This document shows, piece after piece, positions 39,485 through 47,746 of a DNA stretch of 64,000 bases. Position 1 is the first letter of the stretch. Every line of letters starts with the position of its first letter. A program made the position numbers and the translations under genes. The DNA comes from an uncultured Desulfobulbaceae bacterium (GTDB lineage Bacteria; Desulfobacterota; Desulfobulbia; Desulfobulbales; Desulfobulbaceae): the NCBI GenBank assembly GCA_947259225.1, contig CAMYLK010000009.1:17599-81598 (forward strand), written 5' to 3'. The notes below the pieces were generated by a model, which saw nothing but the letters and a program-made list of their open reading frames with translations, ran no database searches and was not told the DNA's origin.

Positions 39485-41365
39485 ATGCAGTATGATGTTG
39501 ACTGGCAAAACCGATTTGCCGACATGGTCTCCACCCCTAAAAATGCTGTGGACAATGTTCGCCCGGGCAATAGAGTCTTTGTGGGTACCGGTTGCGGTGA
39601 ACCTGTGGATCTTGTGTCCGCTTTGACCTCCCGGGCCGGGGAACTGGCAGATGTCGAAATAATTCAGCTTTTCACAAAGGGAGACGCTCCTTACGCCGAA
39701 ATAAAGCTCTCTGATTGCTTTAAAGTCAACAGCTTTTTTGTCGGCAGCAATGTCAGGCAGATGATACAGGAAGGTTTGGGCGACTATACACCGATTCTGA
39801 TGTCTGATATTCCCCGCCAGTTCCATAGTGGACGCATTCCAATCGATGTTGCCCTTATACAGGTAACTCCTCCCGATTCAAGTGGAAAAGTCAGTCTCGG
39901 AATATCTGTTGATATCGTGAAGAGTGCAGCTGAAAACGCGTCTCTGGTCATAGCACAGGTGAATCCGCGGATGCCCTGGGTGCACGGTGACAGTGTGATA
40001 GATGTGTACGACCTTGATATACTGGTGCCGGTAGAATCGGAATTAATAGAAAGAAAATCGAGCCCTGTTCCTGAAATTAGTGAAAAAATTGGCAGCAATG
40101 TTGCCGGTCTCATACCTAACGGCTCCACAGTGGAGTTCGGTCTTGGGAGAATACGAGGAGTAGGACGGTTGCCCCAGGCTATGCAGAATTTCCTTTATGA
40201 CAAAAAGGACCTGGGGGTTCATACCGAAATGCTGACTGATGGGATCATCGACCTGATTGAATCCGGCGCTGTAACCGGTGCAAGAAAAACCATGGACAGG
40301 GGGAAGATTACAGCGAGTTTTTGCATGGGTACGAGGAGGTTGTACGATTATATTAATGACAATCCCCTGTTCAGTTTTCGACCGACTGAGTATGTAAACG
40401 ACTCAAATATAATTGGCAAACAGAAACGGATGGTATCCATCAATATGGCCCTGGAGATAGATCTGACCGGACAGGTGTGTTCCGACTCTGTGGCCGGAAA
40501 GTTCTACTCCGGCATCGGAGGGCAGGTTGATTTCAATCGAGGCGCGGCAAGATCGGAAGGAGGGCGGGCGATAATTGTGATGCCATCTGTAAATGCCAGT
40601 GGAAACAGGTCAAGGATTGTTTCAATCCTGCAGTCGGGTTCCGGAGTCGTTATCTCAAGAGGAACTGTTCATTTTGTTGTTACCGAGTATGGAGTTGCGT
40701 ATCTGCATGGTAAAGCGATACAGGAGCGAGTCATGGCCCTCATCTCCATCGCTCATCCAAACTACCGTGAAAAGCTTTTCCAGGAAGCTGTTGATGCAAG
40801 GTATATCAGCCCTGAACTGGCAGGTCTCGGTGACAGGTTTATGGTCCCCGGAGAGGAATCAATGCGATCCTCTTATCTGCTTGATAATGGAACCCAGGTC
40901 AGCTTCCGATCCATAAGACCGGTAGACGAGCCAAATATGCGTGACCTGCTGTATGATCTTTCTCAGGAGACCGTGTATTATAGGTTCATGAGCAGGCAGA
41001 AACGCTTTACCCACAGGCAGATCCATGACTTTGTCTATATCGATCACCGCAAAGACGTTGCGGTTGTTGCCACCGTTCCTGAGGCAAGTGGAGAGGAAAT
41101 AATAGCGGTTGGGCGTTATTTTCTTAATGAGAGGACCAACAAGGCTGAGGTTGCCTTTGTAATACGTGACGACTGGCAGAACATGGGGATTGGCAAGTTT
41201 TTGTTCAATCATCTGATCTCAATTGCCAGGCGCAACGGTATAGCAGGATTCACAGCGGAAGTCCTCCGGGATAACAAGCGGATGCAGAATATCTTCAACC
41301 ACTCGGGCTACAAGGTTAAAAGTGTTATCGAGGAAGGAGTGTACAGCTTTGTGATCGATTTCTGA
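39485..41365 (+). CDS. Acetyl-CoA hydrolase/transferase family domain fused to a C-terminal GNAT acetyltransferase
   Basis: 626 aa. N-terminal ~430 aa resemble 4-hydroxybutyrate/acetyl-CoA transferases (GIGGQVDF block). The C-terminal part has a GNAT motif A (WQNMGIGKFLFNHLISIARRNG). Confidence 0.8.
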   Translation: MQYDVDWQNRFADMVSTPKNAVDNVRPGNRVFVGTGCGEPVDLVSALTSRAGELADVEIIQLFTKGDAPYAEIKLSDCFKVNSFFVGSNVRQMIQEGLGDYTPILMSDIPRQFHSGRIPIDVALIQVTPPDSSGKVSLGISVDIVKSAAENASLVIAQVNPRMPWVHGDSVIDVYDLDILVPVESELIERKSSPVPEISEKIGSNVAGLIPNGSTVEFGLGRIRGVGRLPQAMQNFLYDKKDLGVHTEMLTDGIIDLIESGAVTGARKTMDRGKITASFCMGTRRLYDYINDNPLFSFRPTEYVNDSNIIGKQKRMVSINMALEIDLTGQVCSDSVAGKFYSGIGGQVDFNRGAARSEGGRAIIVMPSVNASGNRSRIVSILQSGSGVVISRGTVHFVVTEYGVAYLHGKAIQERVMALISIAHPNYREKLFQEAVDARYISPELAGLGDRFMVPGEESMRSSYLLDNGTQVSFRSIRPVDEPNMRDLLYDLSQETVYYRFMSRQKRFTHRQIHDFVYIDHRKDVAVVATVPEASGEEIIAVGRYFLNERTNKAEVAFVIRDDWQNMGIGKFLFNHLISIARRNGIAGFTAEVLRDNKRMQNIFNHSGYKVKSVIEEGVYSFVIDF

Positions 41366-41606
41366 AATGCCTTGGTAAAGCAAGAAGCAGAACCAATTCT
41401 TGACGTGAGCAATGTGCAAACAGATTTTGCAGAATATTCAGGTCAGTGATGTGTATGATACTGAAATTTAGTTAATAGAAACTTCGTTTAACTGAACCAT
41501 TACAACTTCAGAAACAGCAATGGTATACCCTTCTTCTTTTTAGACACAATTCTCACTTCTTTAGGTTCAAATTCTACCTCAGTGTGTCTCTTAATTCATG
41601 TCCTGT

Positions 41607-42298
41607 TTATGTCCCATCAGGTCTGACGTCGAACATATTGGCTGGAACCAGAGGATCGGTAACCAAAGTAAGGGCGATTGTACTTTTCATCAGCTTGCCG
41701 TAACTGATAGCAAAGGTGTCGCCAATCCCGACCACACAAAGATCCATGGGAATATGAACAGTAAGGGTATCATCCGTATTGTTGATGATCCTGTAACTGA
41801 CCATTGGTTGAGGCGTGTCAGGAAAAACAACTAGTCCTGCAAAGGTGTCCGGCGTCCAGCGGGAACTAGATTTTGTAATAGTGGTTAGCGTAACCCCGGT
41901 GGAAGTTTCTTCGTAAAGATAACTTGCTGACCCGTATGTCTGGGCCTGTTTCTGGATGTGCGGATCGTGACAGAATCGTCATTCAACAGTCCAGCTGCCT
42001 TAATCATCATCGGTCTGCAGGCTGGAGAGGGGTTCTACTCTGAGGGCGTCAAGATCGTTGTAGCAGCTCCAGCAGAGGGAGTTGAACCGGTGTCGTCGAT
42101 GTGTGCCGGATCGTGAATTGTCCTGAGAGGAAGAAGCTTTGCTTCGGTACCATAGACGTAATGACAGGAATCACATTCGATGTTGTTCTGAAAAAAATGC
42201 GGATAACCGTCGGCACGTAGATCTTGGAATGGAACACTCAAAACAAAAACTGCGACCAGGATATTATAAATCCTCGACAGGAATTTTGCGAAAGGCAT
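41607..42298 (-). pseudogene. Decayed partial paralogue of the N-terminal ~230 codons of the giant cytochrome gene
   Basis: The 87-aa ORF (..ADGYPHFFQNNIECDSCHYVYGTE..) and the 65-aa ORF (MVSYRIINNTDDTLTVHIPMDL..FAISYGKL) match residues ~28-230 of 42618..47429. Reading across them needs a 1-nt frameshift (GGTTC versus GGTTTC). It also crosses in-frame TAA and TGA stops, and haem motif 2 has become CWSCY. Confidence 0.85.
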
Positions 42299-42559
42299 GG
42301 CCCTCCTCCTTCCTGACCTGTATTGTTCCCATACTTCCCTGCAAAGCTTTGAACGTTATTGGCTTTGAGAATGCAGTAACAGATATTGCCTTTTGACAAG
42401 GCAGCCCCCAAAAGATAAAGAATCGAAATTCATTTATTCAAAATATATTGCTACTAATATGATTTAAATGTCAAAAAAAACTTAAATACGAGATGATAAA
42501 GTTTTCTCTCGGCAAGAGGAGGGGAAGAATCGGCTTCTATACTATACCGTCGATATTTA

Positions 42560-42593
42560 AAGAAAAAGGGGTGGTCAGGAAGACCACCCCTTT
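42560..42593 (-). terminator. Rho-independent terminator of the giant cytochrome gene
   Basis: On the minus strand, GGGGTGGTC-TTCCT-GACCACCCC is followed by TTTTTCTTT, ~25 nt after the stop. Confidence 0.85.
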
Positions 42594-42617
42594 GAGCATG
42601 TTGAAGACAAATACTGA

Positions 42618-45600
42618 TCAGGGTATTTGAAAGTTGGAACTGAATGGTGAGGTGTTATTGGATGGGTCAAGGCGTATGGATGTCACCCACTGTCCAATAG
42701 CAACACCGGAACCGCTGACATCAACATCCACAGAACTCCCGGATGCAGTGGTAGAACCGATAAAGATCTTGCCCTCACCGTACGCAGTTCCTGTTCCGTC
42801 GTAATCAGAGATATACACTTCAACAGTATCTCCAGAAACCACATTGTCAACTGTAATCCATGAGGTGTCGGCTGCTGTAATGGTCGGCCGGATAATACTA
42901 TTGTTTGCAGTGCCATCCAGGTAGATACCGTCGTCACTCAGTGCACCTTCAGTCCCATTATTATAGAAGGAATTACGAATTATCCTGACTTCATTAGCTC
43001 CATCTGCCACATAGACACCATTGGCGGTCATATTGGCAAACACATTACCGGCCCCATCGGGATCATCATCTGTAGAGCCTCCAACCAGAGTATAGGACCC
43101 CCTGAATCCAGTGAGATAGACCCCGTATTTTCCAGGAAAAATCTCATCCAGTTCCGGATTGGTGCCGAAGAAATTGCCATATATCTTGGTAGGGCTGGCA
43201 TTATTATGGTAAACACTGATTGCCGAACCTTGGTTTCCAGTGCCGCTTGCTTTAACACTAAAGACATTGCTGTCATTCAATGTGTTGTCATCGGTCGCCA
43301 CATTTGGCCCACCGATGGTGATGTTGCCGGCCGAGGTACTGTTGATCCGGATGGCCCAGTAGTTCTGCTGGACCCTGTCATGCCATGTTGTTCCGTCAAA
43401 ATAATAACCGAATATGTTACCAGTGATGGAAAGTGGACCGGTGGTGCTGCCCACATAGATGCCTGTACCATTACCGGATATAATATTATCCTTGATAACA
43501 CCATTGGAGCCGGAAAGGCCGATTCCGTCATAACTGAAACCATTGCTCATGGCTGCCCCATCAGGCAACAGCCCGATATAGTTGTTCTGGATAGTCACAT
43601 TGGATGAACTTGGAACGTACATCCCGTCTCGGATGTTTCCGCTGATATAATTCCTGTCAAAAACATCCTCATCACCGCCAGCCCGGCAGTTGGCACCATT
43701 GACTTTTACACCGTAGTAATTCGAACCGCCTGTTTTGGTGTAGCCCGAGTTGCTGTCCGACCAGAAGCCGACATGGTTACCTTCAAGGACACAGTTATTG
43801 GCACTACTCATATCGATGCCGTAAAAGTAAAAGTTTGTGACCTGCAGTCCCCTGACCGTAACATTGTCACCAGTAACATTAAGGCCGTCAAAGCCATAGG
43901 TGCCGTGAATACGGATTTCCGGTCCTTTTGGATTGGTATCTCCATGCAACGCAGCCTGGGAGCCGCCGTCAATGGTGACCCCGTCAGCTGCTACGGTCGG
44001 CAGAATAGTGGCCACGTTGATCAATGCTACCCCGTTGGTCAGTGACCCTGGAGCAATATCGAACCAGATCGAATCATCACCGCCAGCTATTTCCAGGTCA
44101 GTGATAGCCTGTCGCAGAGAACCTCCACCGGAATCGTTCGTATTGGTCACGATATAGGCAGCAGGCGGTTTGATCAGAAAATCCGCATCCGAGCTGTCCG
44201 AAGTCTGGTTGCCTGCCTTATCCGTCACAGTCAGTTGCACACGGGTCCTGTAGCTGGCTGGTTTGGGGATCGGGTTCCAATCGTAGCTGCCGTCGTTGGC
44301 CTCGTTCGCTGCAATAGAACCAGGAAAAGTAGAACCGGAGTCAACCGAGTAATCCAGCATTATTGGACTGGCCTTCAGGTTGCCTTCAGTGTCGGAAATA
44401 TCACCGTTGGCCCAGGTGATCTGCCTGGTGGTGTCACCTTCCTGCCAGACCTCAGCACCGTTCGGTGAAAGGAGGTCATCCGCTGCAACATTGGGCGCAC
44501 CACGGTCCAGCTCAATTGTATAATTTATGGTGCCTGATTCACCAGCCTCGTTTCTCACCTTTATGTAGACAGTTTTTTCTGCATCGCTGTCGGACAGTGT
44601 ATACGTTGTGGAATCATTGTAGGGTATCCAGCCGGTGCTGTTCTGGCTGAATCCGGAGTCCTCGGCCAGGATCATTTCGTCCGGATAAGCTTGTGCTGTG
44701 ATGGCAACGTCAACAGTCCGATTATTTGTGAATCCTGTCTCTGCTGCAGCAGGGTCGGCGCTGTTGTCAGTCAACGTAAAGTCCCATAGGGACGGGGTAA
44801 ATGCCTGGATAGTAAAATCAGCGTTTGATTCATCAGAATTCTGATTCCCGGCCCGGTCTGTAGCCGTGATCTTAACTCGCACGGTGCTGCTTACAATCAA
44901 GGGTACCGATACCCAGGTGTAAGTCCCATCGTTGCCTTCACTGGAGGAAATGCTGAAGGGATAGCTGGTTCCGCTGTCGGTCGAGTAAACCAGATTTATG
45001 GGGAAGGGGCTCTTCAGATTGGTATCACTGATACCGCTCCAGGTGATGAAGCGGGTGGTGCCCTGGTTCCATATTTCGGAGCCGTTAGGTGAGGTAAGCG
45101 CAGAGGTGCCGACTGTGGGGATGGTTGTGTCAAGGGTGATGGTATCATTGCGCGGCAGGGATTCACCAAGAGCGTTGCGTGTCTTGCAAAAGATAGTATA
45201 GGAACCGTCAGTACCCGATATTGGGTAGGTAAAAGAAGAGGCATAGGGCCCCCAGCCATCACCACCGTTGTCAGGCTGAAGGTTTATGGAAAAAGCACCG
45301 TCCTGGGCACAGATCATCTCTGTTGGATCGGCATACCCGTCTAATGTAACGGTGATATTATTATTATTGGTGTAATTGGTTTCTGCAGGTAACGGATCGC
45401 TGCTGTTGTTGTCCTCTATTGCAATACTGGCCAGGCCAGGCGGGGCAATATAGTAATACTTACCCCCGCCGCCACCACCGTGACAATTTAAACAATTAAA
45501 GGCACTGTCCGGGCCATCGGCACCGTAATCACCAGAAGCATCATTACTATGGACAATATCTAGGCTAGTCCGGGTCATTTTTATAGTTGGCCCCCCACTT

Positions 45601-47429
45601 ATCCGAGAAGCACCATGAACATTATGACAGGTAATACACGTCGTTTCGGAATCATAACTATCAATACCATCAGAGTTCCAGGTATTGGTAAAGCCTATGT
45701 TGTGTATATCAACAAGATGGTCCCAGTGAGCATTTGCAGGAGGGGCCCCATAGCCATCTTCGCTCAAGTTACGAAACCCTGTCGAGATAGTCCCCGCATT
45801 TTTGTAGGGGTTGGTCGAGCAATTATATAACCCGCTTGCCTTCGTATCACTCAGCAGGTTATTTTCGCTGTGACATTCAAAACAAAGCCTGTAATCATTG
45901 CTGTCGTAGCCGCATTGGTCGCCTGTTTTGGGTATAGCCATGGGGGGCTGCCCGCCAACTGATTTAAGACGAAATGCTGCCTGATAATTATTGGAGGCTG
46001 CAGCATACGACCTGGCGTTATCAAAATTATGGTCCAAGGTGACCCCGTGACATTCACCACATTCTTTAGCTGCACCGGCTCGGCCGTGACCGGATGCATA
46101 GTAACCCCAGGTGGAATTGTTTCCTGCCACATCAGGTGCCTGGCGACCATTAATTACCGAATTGCCCGAGTCATGACAGGTGACACACCATTTCTCTTTT
46201 CCTGCAGTGAGTGATATGCCGGTATAGACACCGTTAACCCAGTTGCTCTTGGCGCCGACAACAGCATCATCAACGCCGTCAAAGCCCCCTCCGGGGCTGT
46301 GACAGTCATTACAGATGTCTGTCTGGGCCAGGGTAAGTTCAGCGTTCGGGTCAGCCTTGGACCGAAAAAACGGGAAGTTGGTTGTGTTATGACAGTCTTC
46401 ACAGTCAAGAATCGGACGGGGGCCTATAAGTTCATCGTCGCTTTCCGTGTGAATGGAATGCGTCTCATAAGTCCCTGCTCCTCCTGTCAATCCACCGTAT
46501 CCGGCATCATGACCATGACATTCACCGCATCCTGTTCCAGAGCCTCCTCCATGGGCAAAGCCACCTTTGTGGCTGTGGCAGTCAATACAGTCCGTTTCTG
46601 ATGCTCCTCCCACGTTTGTATGGTATTGGTCACCGCCTGACCCGTCATTCCTGAAATGCGTTGTCTCAGTATGACAAACCTCACAAATACCATCATAAGT
46701 CGTGTCACCATCGACAAAAGAGTTCGTACCGGTACTGCTGAATAACTTGACGGTCATGATGTCAGTTTTGTCCTGGGGAACGAGCGGATCTGTGATAGCA
46801 GCAAGATCAATGGAACTCTTGACCAGCTTACCGTAACTGATGGCAAAGGTATCACCAGCACCAACGATCCCAAGATCCATGGGTATATGCACAGTCAATG
46901 TATCTGTAGTGTTGCTTGTAATCCTGTAGCTGACCATTGGCTGGGATGTGTCCGGGAAAACAACCAGCCCAGCAAACTCATCCGGTGTCCAGCCAGCGCC
47001 ACTTTTGGAGATCGTGGTCAGGGTGACGCCGGTAGATACATTCTCGTAGAGATAGCTCGCGGAAGCGAATGTCTGGGCCTGCTCATGAAAATGCGGATCA
47101 TGGCAGACTATGCATTCAACCGTCCAGCTGCCGTAGTCGTCATCAATCTGGGAACTGGAATGGGTCATAACCTGGACGGCATCGAGGCCGTTATGACAAC
47201 TCCAGCAGAGTGAATTGAACTGGGTATCGTCGTCAACCGGATCACGATGAGTCCATGGTGGCAGAAGTTGTGGTTCGGTACCATAAACGTAATGACACGA
47301 ATCACATTCGATGTTGTTCTGAAAAAAATGGGGATAGCCATCAGCAATGGCCGAAGTTGTAAAAAGACAAAAAATAATTACTGCTGCAGGGATTGACATA
47401 AACCCCGCAACTGGTTGTGCGGCCCTCAT
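42618..47429 (-). CDS. Secreted 13-haem c-type cytochrome fused to tandem Ig-like modules and a C-terminal parallel beta-helix region
   Basis: 1603 aa, GGAGGAG RBS, signal peptide. 13 CxxCH motifs, all within aa ~40-660. Gly-rich inter-haem loops (CIDCHSHKGGFAHGGGSGTGCGECHG). Two ~210-aa repeated modules, then PbH1-type repeats (NNYIGL..., DNIISGNGTGIYV..., GNIFGYY...). Confidence 0.85.
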   Translation of the reverse strand: MRAAQPVAGFMSIPAAVIIFCLFTTSAIADGYPHFFQNNIECDSCHYVYGTEPQLLPPWTHRDPVDDDTQFNSLCWSCHNGLDAVQVMTHSSSQIDDDYGSWTVECIVCHDPHFHEQAQTFASASYLYENVSTGVTLTTISKSGAGWTPDEFAGLVVFPDTSQPMVSYRITSNTTDTLTVHIPMDLGIVGAGDTFAISYGKLVKSSIDLAAITDPLVPQDKTDIMTVKLFSSTGTNSFVDGDTTYDGICEVCHTETTHFRNDGSGGDQYHTNVGGASETDCIDCHSHKGGFAHGGGSGTGCGECHGHDAGYGGLTGGAGTYETHSIHTESDDELIGPRPILDCEDCHNTTNFPFFRSKADPNAELTLAQTDICNDCHSPGGGFDGVDDAVVGAKSNWVNGVYTGISLTAGKEKWCVTCHDSGNSVINGRQAPDVAGNNSTWGYYASGHGRAGAAKECGECHGVTLDHNFDNARSYAAASNNYQAAFRLKSVGGQPPMAIPKTGDQCGYDSNDYRLCFECHSENNLLSDTKASGLYNCSTNPYKNAGTISTGFRNLSEDGYGAPPANAHWDHLVDIHNIGFTNTWNSDGIDSYDSETTCITCHNVHGASRISGGPTIKMTRTSLDIVHSNDASGDYGADGPDSAFNCLNCHGGGGGGKYYYIAPPGLASIAIEDNNSSDPLPAETNYTNNNNITVTLDGYADPTEMICAQDGAFSINLQPDNGGDGWGPYASSFTYPISGTDGSYTIFCKTRNALGESLPRNDTITLDTTIPTVGTSALTSPNGSEIWNQGTTRFITWSGISDTNLKSPFPINLVYSTDSGTSYPFSISSSEGNDGTYTWVSVPLIVSSTVRVKITATDRAGNQNSDESNADFTIQAFTPSLWDFTLTDNSADPAAAETGFTNNRTVDVAITAQAYPDEMILAEDSGFSQNSTGWIPYNDSTTYTLSDSDAEKTVYIKVRNEAGESGTINYTIELDRGAPNVAADDLLSPNGAEVWQEGDTTRQITWANGDISDTEGNLKASPIMLDYSVDSGSTFPGSIAANEANDGSYDWNPIPKPASYRTRVQLTVTDKAGNQTSDSSDADFLIKPPAAYIVTNTNDSGGGSLRQAITDLEIAGGDDSIWFDIAPGSLTNGVALINVATILPTVAADGVTIDGGSQAALHGDTNPKGPEIRIHGTYGFDGLNVTGDNVTVRGLQVTNFYFYGIDMSSANNCVLEGNHVGFWSDSNSGYTKTGGSNYYGVKVNGANCRAGGDEDVFDRNYISGNIRDGMYVPSSSNVTIQNNYIGLLPDGAAMSNGFSYDGIGLSGSNGVIKDNIISGNGTGIYVGSTTGPLSITGNIFGYYFDGTTWHDRVQQNYWAIRINSTSAGNITIGGPNVATDDNTLNDSNVFSVKASGTGNQGSAISVYHNNASPTKIYGNFFGTNPELDEIFPGKYGVYLTGFRGSYTLVGGSTDDDPDGAGNVFANMTANGVYVADGANEVRIIRNSFYNNGTEGALSDDGIYLDGTANNSIIRPTITAADTSWITVDNVVSGDTVEVYISDYDGTGTAYGEGKIFIGSTTASGSSVDVDVSGSGVAIGQWVTSIRLDPSNNTSPFSSNFQIP
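44165..45440 (-). repeat. Tandem in-frame duplication of a ~210-aa two-domain module inside the giant cytochrome gene
   Basis: Module A has LTSPNGSEIWNQGTTRFITW...DRAGNQNSDESNADFTI. Module B has LLSPNGAEVWQEGDTTRQITW...DKAGNQTSDSSDADFLI. The boundary lies near 44790. Confidence 0.75.
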
Positions 47430-47571
47430 TGTTCTCCTCCGATCAAAACTGTTCCGCTCTCATACACCCTGAAGAGGTCAAGGAAAGTAATAGCTTAGAG
47501 AGAGCAGCAACAGGTTTTTGCCTTCTGTAAAGGCAGTCCCTCAAACACGTATGATACTTTATTCATCATTA

Positions 47572-47601
47572 ATGTTACATCTATGCAACTTGTGAAGTCA
47601 A
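47572..47601 (-). promoter_or_regulatory. Putative sigma-70 promoter of the giant cytochrome gene
   Basis: Minus strand TTGACT-18 nt-TAACAT, ~140 nt upstream of the ATG. Pattern match only. Confidence 0.35.
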
Positions 47602-47704
47602 GGATTGTGGAAAAATGGGCTCAATTTTATCAGGAATAAGGGAGGGATGGTGAAGCAGGGTTGGTAAGCTGTGAAATAATCTGCTGGACAGTTATTATCA
47701 GATT

Positions 47705-47735
47705 ATGGTCGGCAGCCTTGTTGACTGCCGACCAT
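47705..47735 (-). terminator. Hairpin terminator after the rhodanese gene
   Basis: Perfect 11-bp inverted repeat ATGGTCGGCAG-N9-CTGCCGACCAT, 12 nt past the stop. The U-tract is weak. Confidence 0.55.
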
Positions 47736-47746
47736 AAATGTAGATG

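Noticed and set aside
42683-47347. Many 60-133-aa ORFs on both strands inside the giant cytochrome gene (for example 43206..43607+, 46299..46601+, 45851..46150-)
   Set aside because: They are overlapping or antisense frames of a long, clearly coding gene, with no independent motifs or RBS. The same applies to shadow ORFs inside ileS, hrpA, priA and others.
47430-47600. c-di-GMP (GEMM) riboswitch in the leader of the giant cytochrome gene, as seen upstream of some Geobacter cytochromes
   Set aside because: The conserved ACGCAAAGC-type core and GNRA tetraloop/receptor arrangement are absent. Only a short hairpin is present, and it is reported separately.
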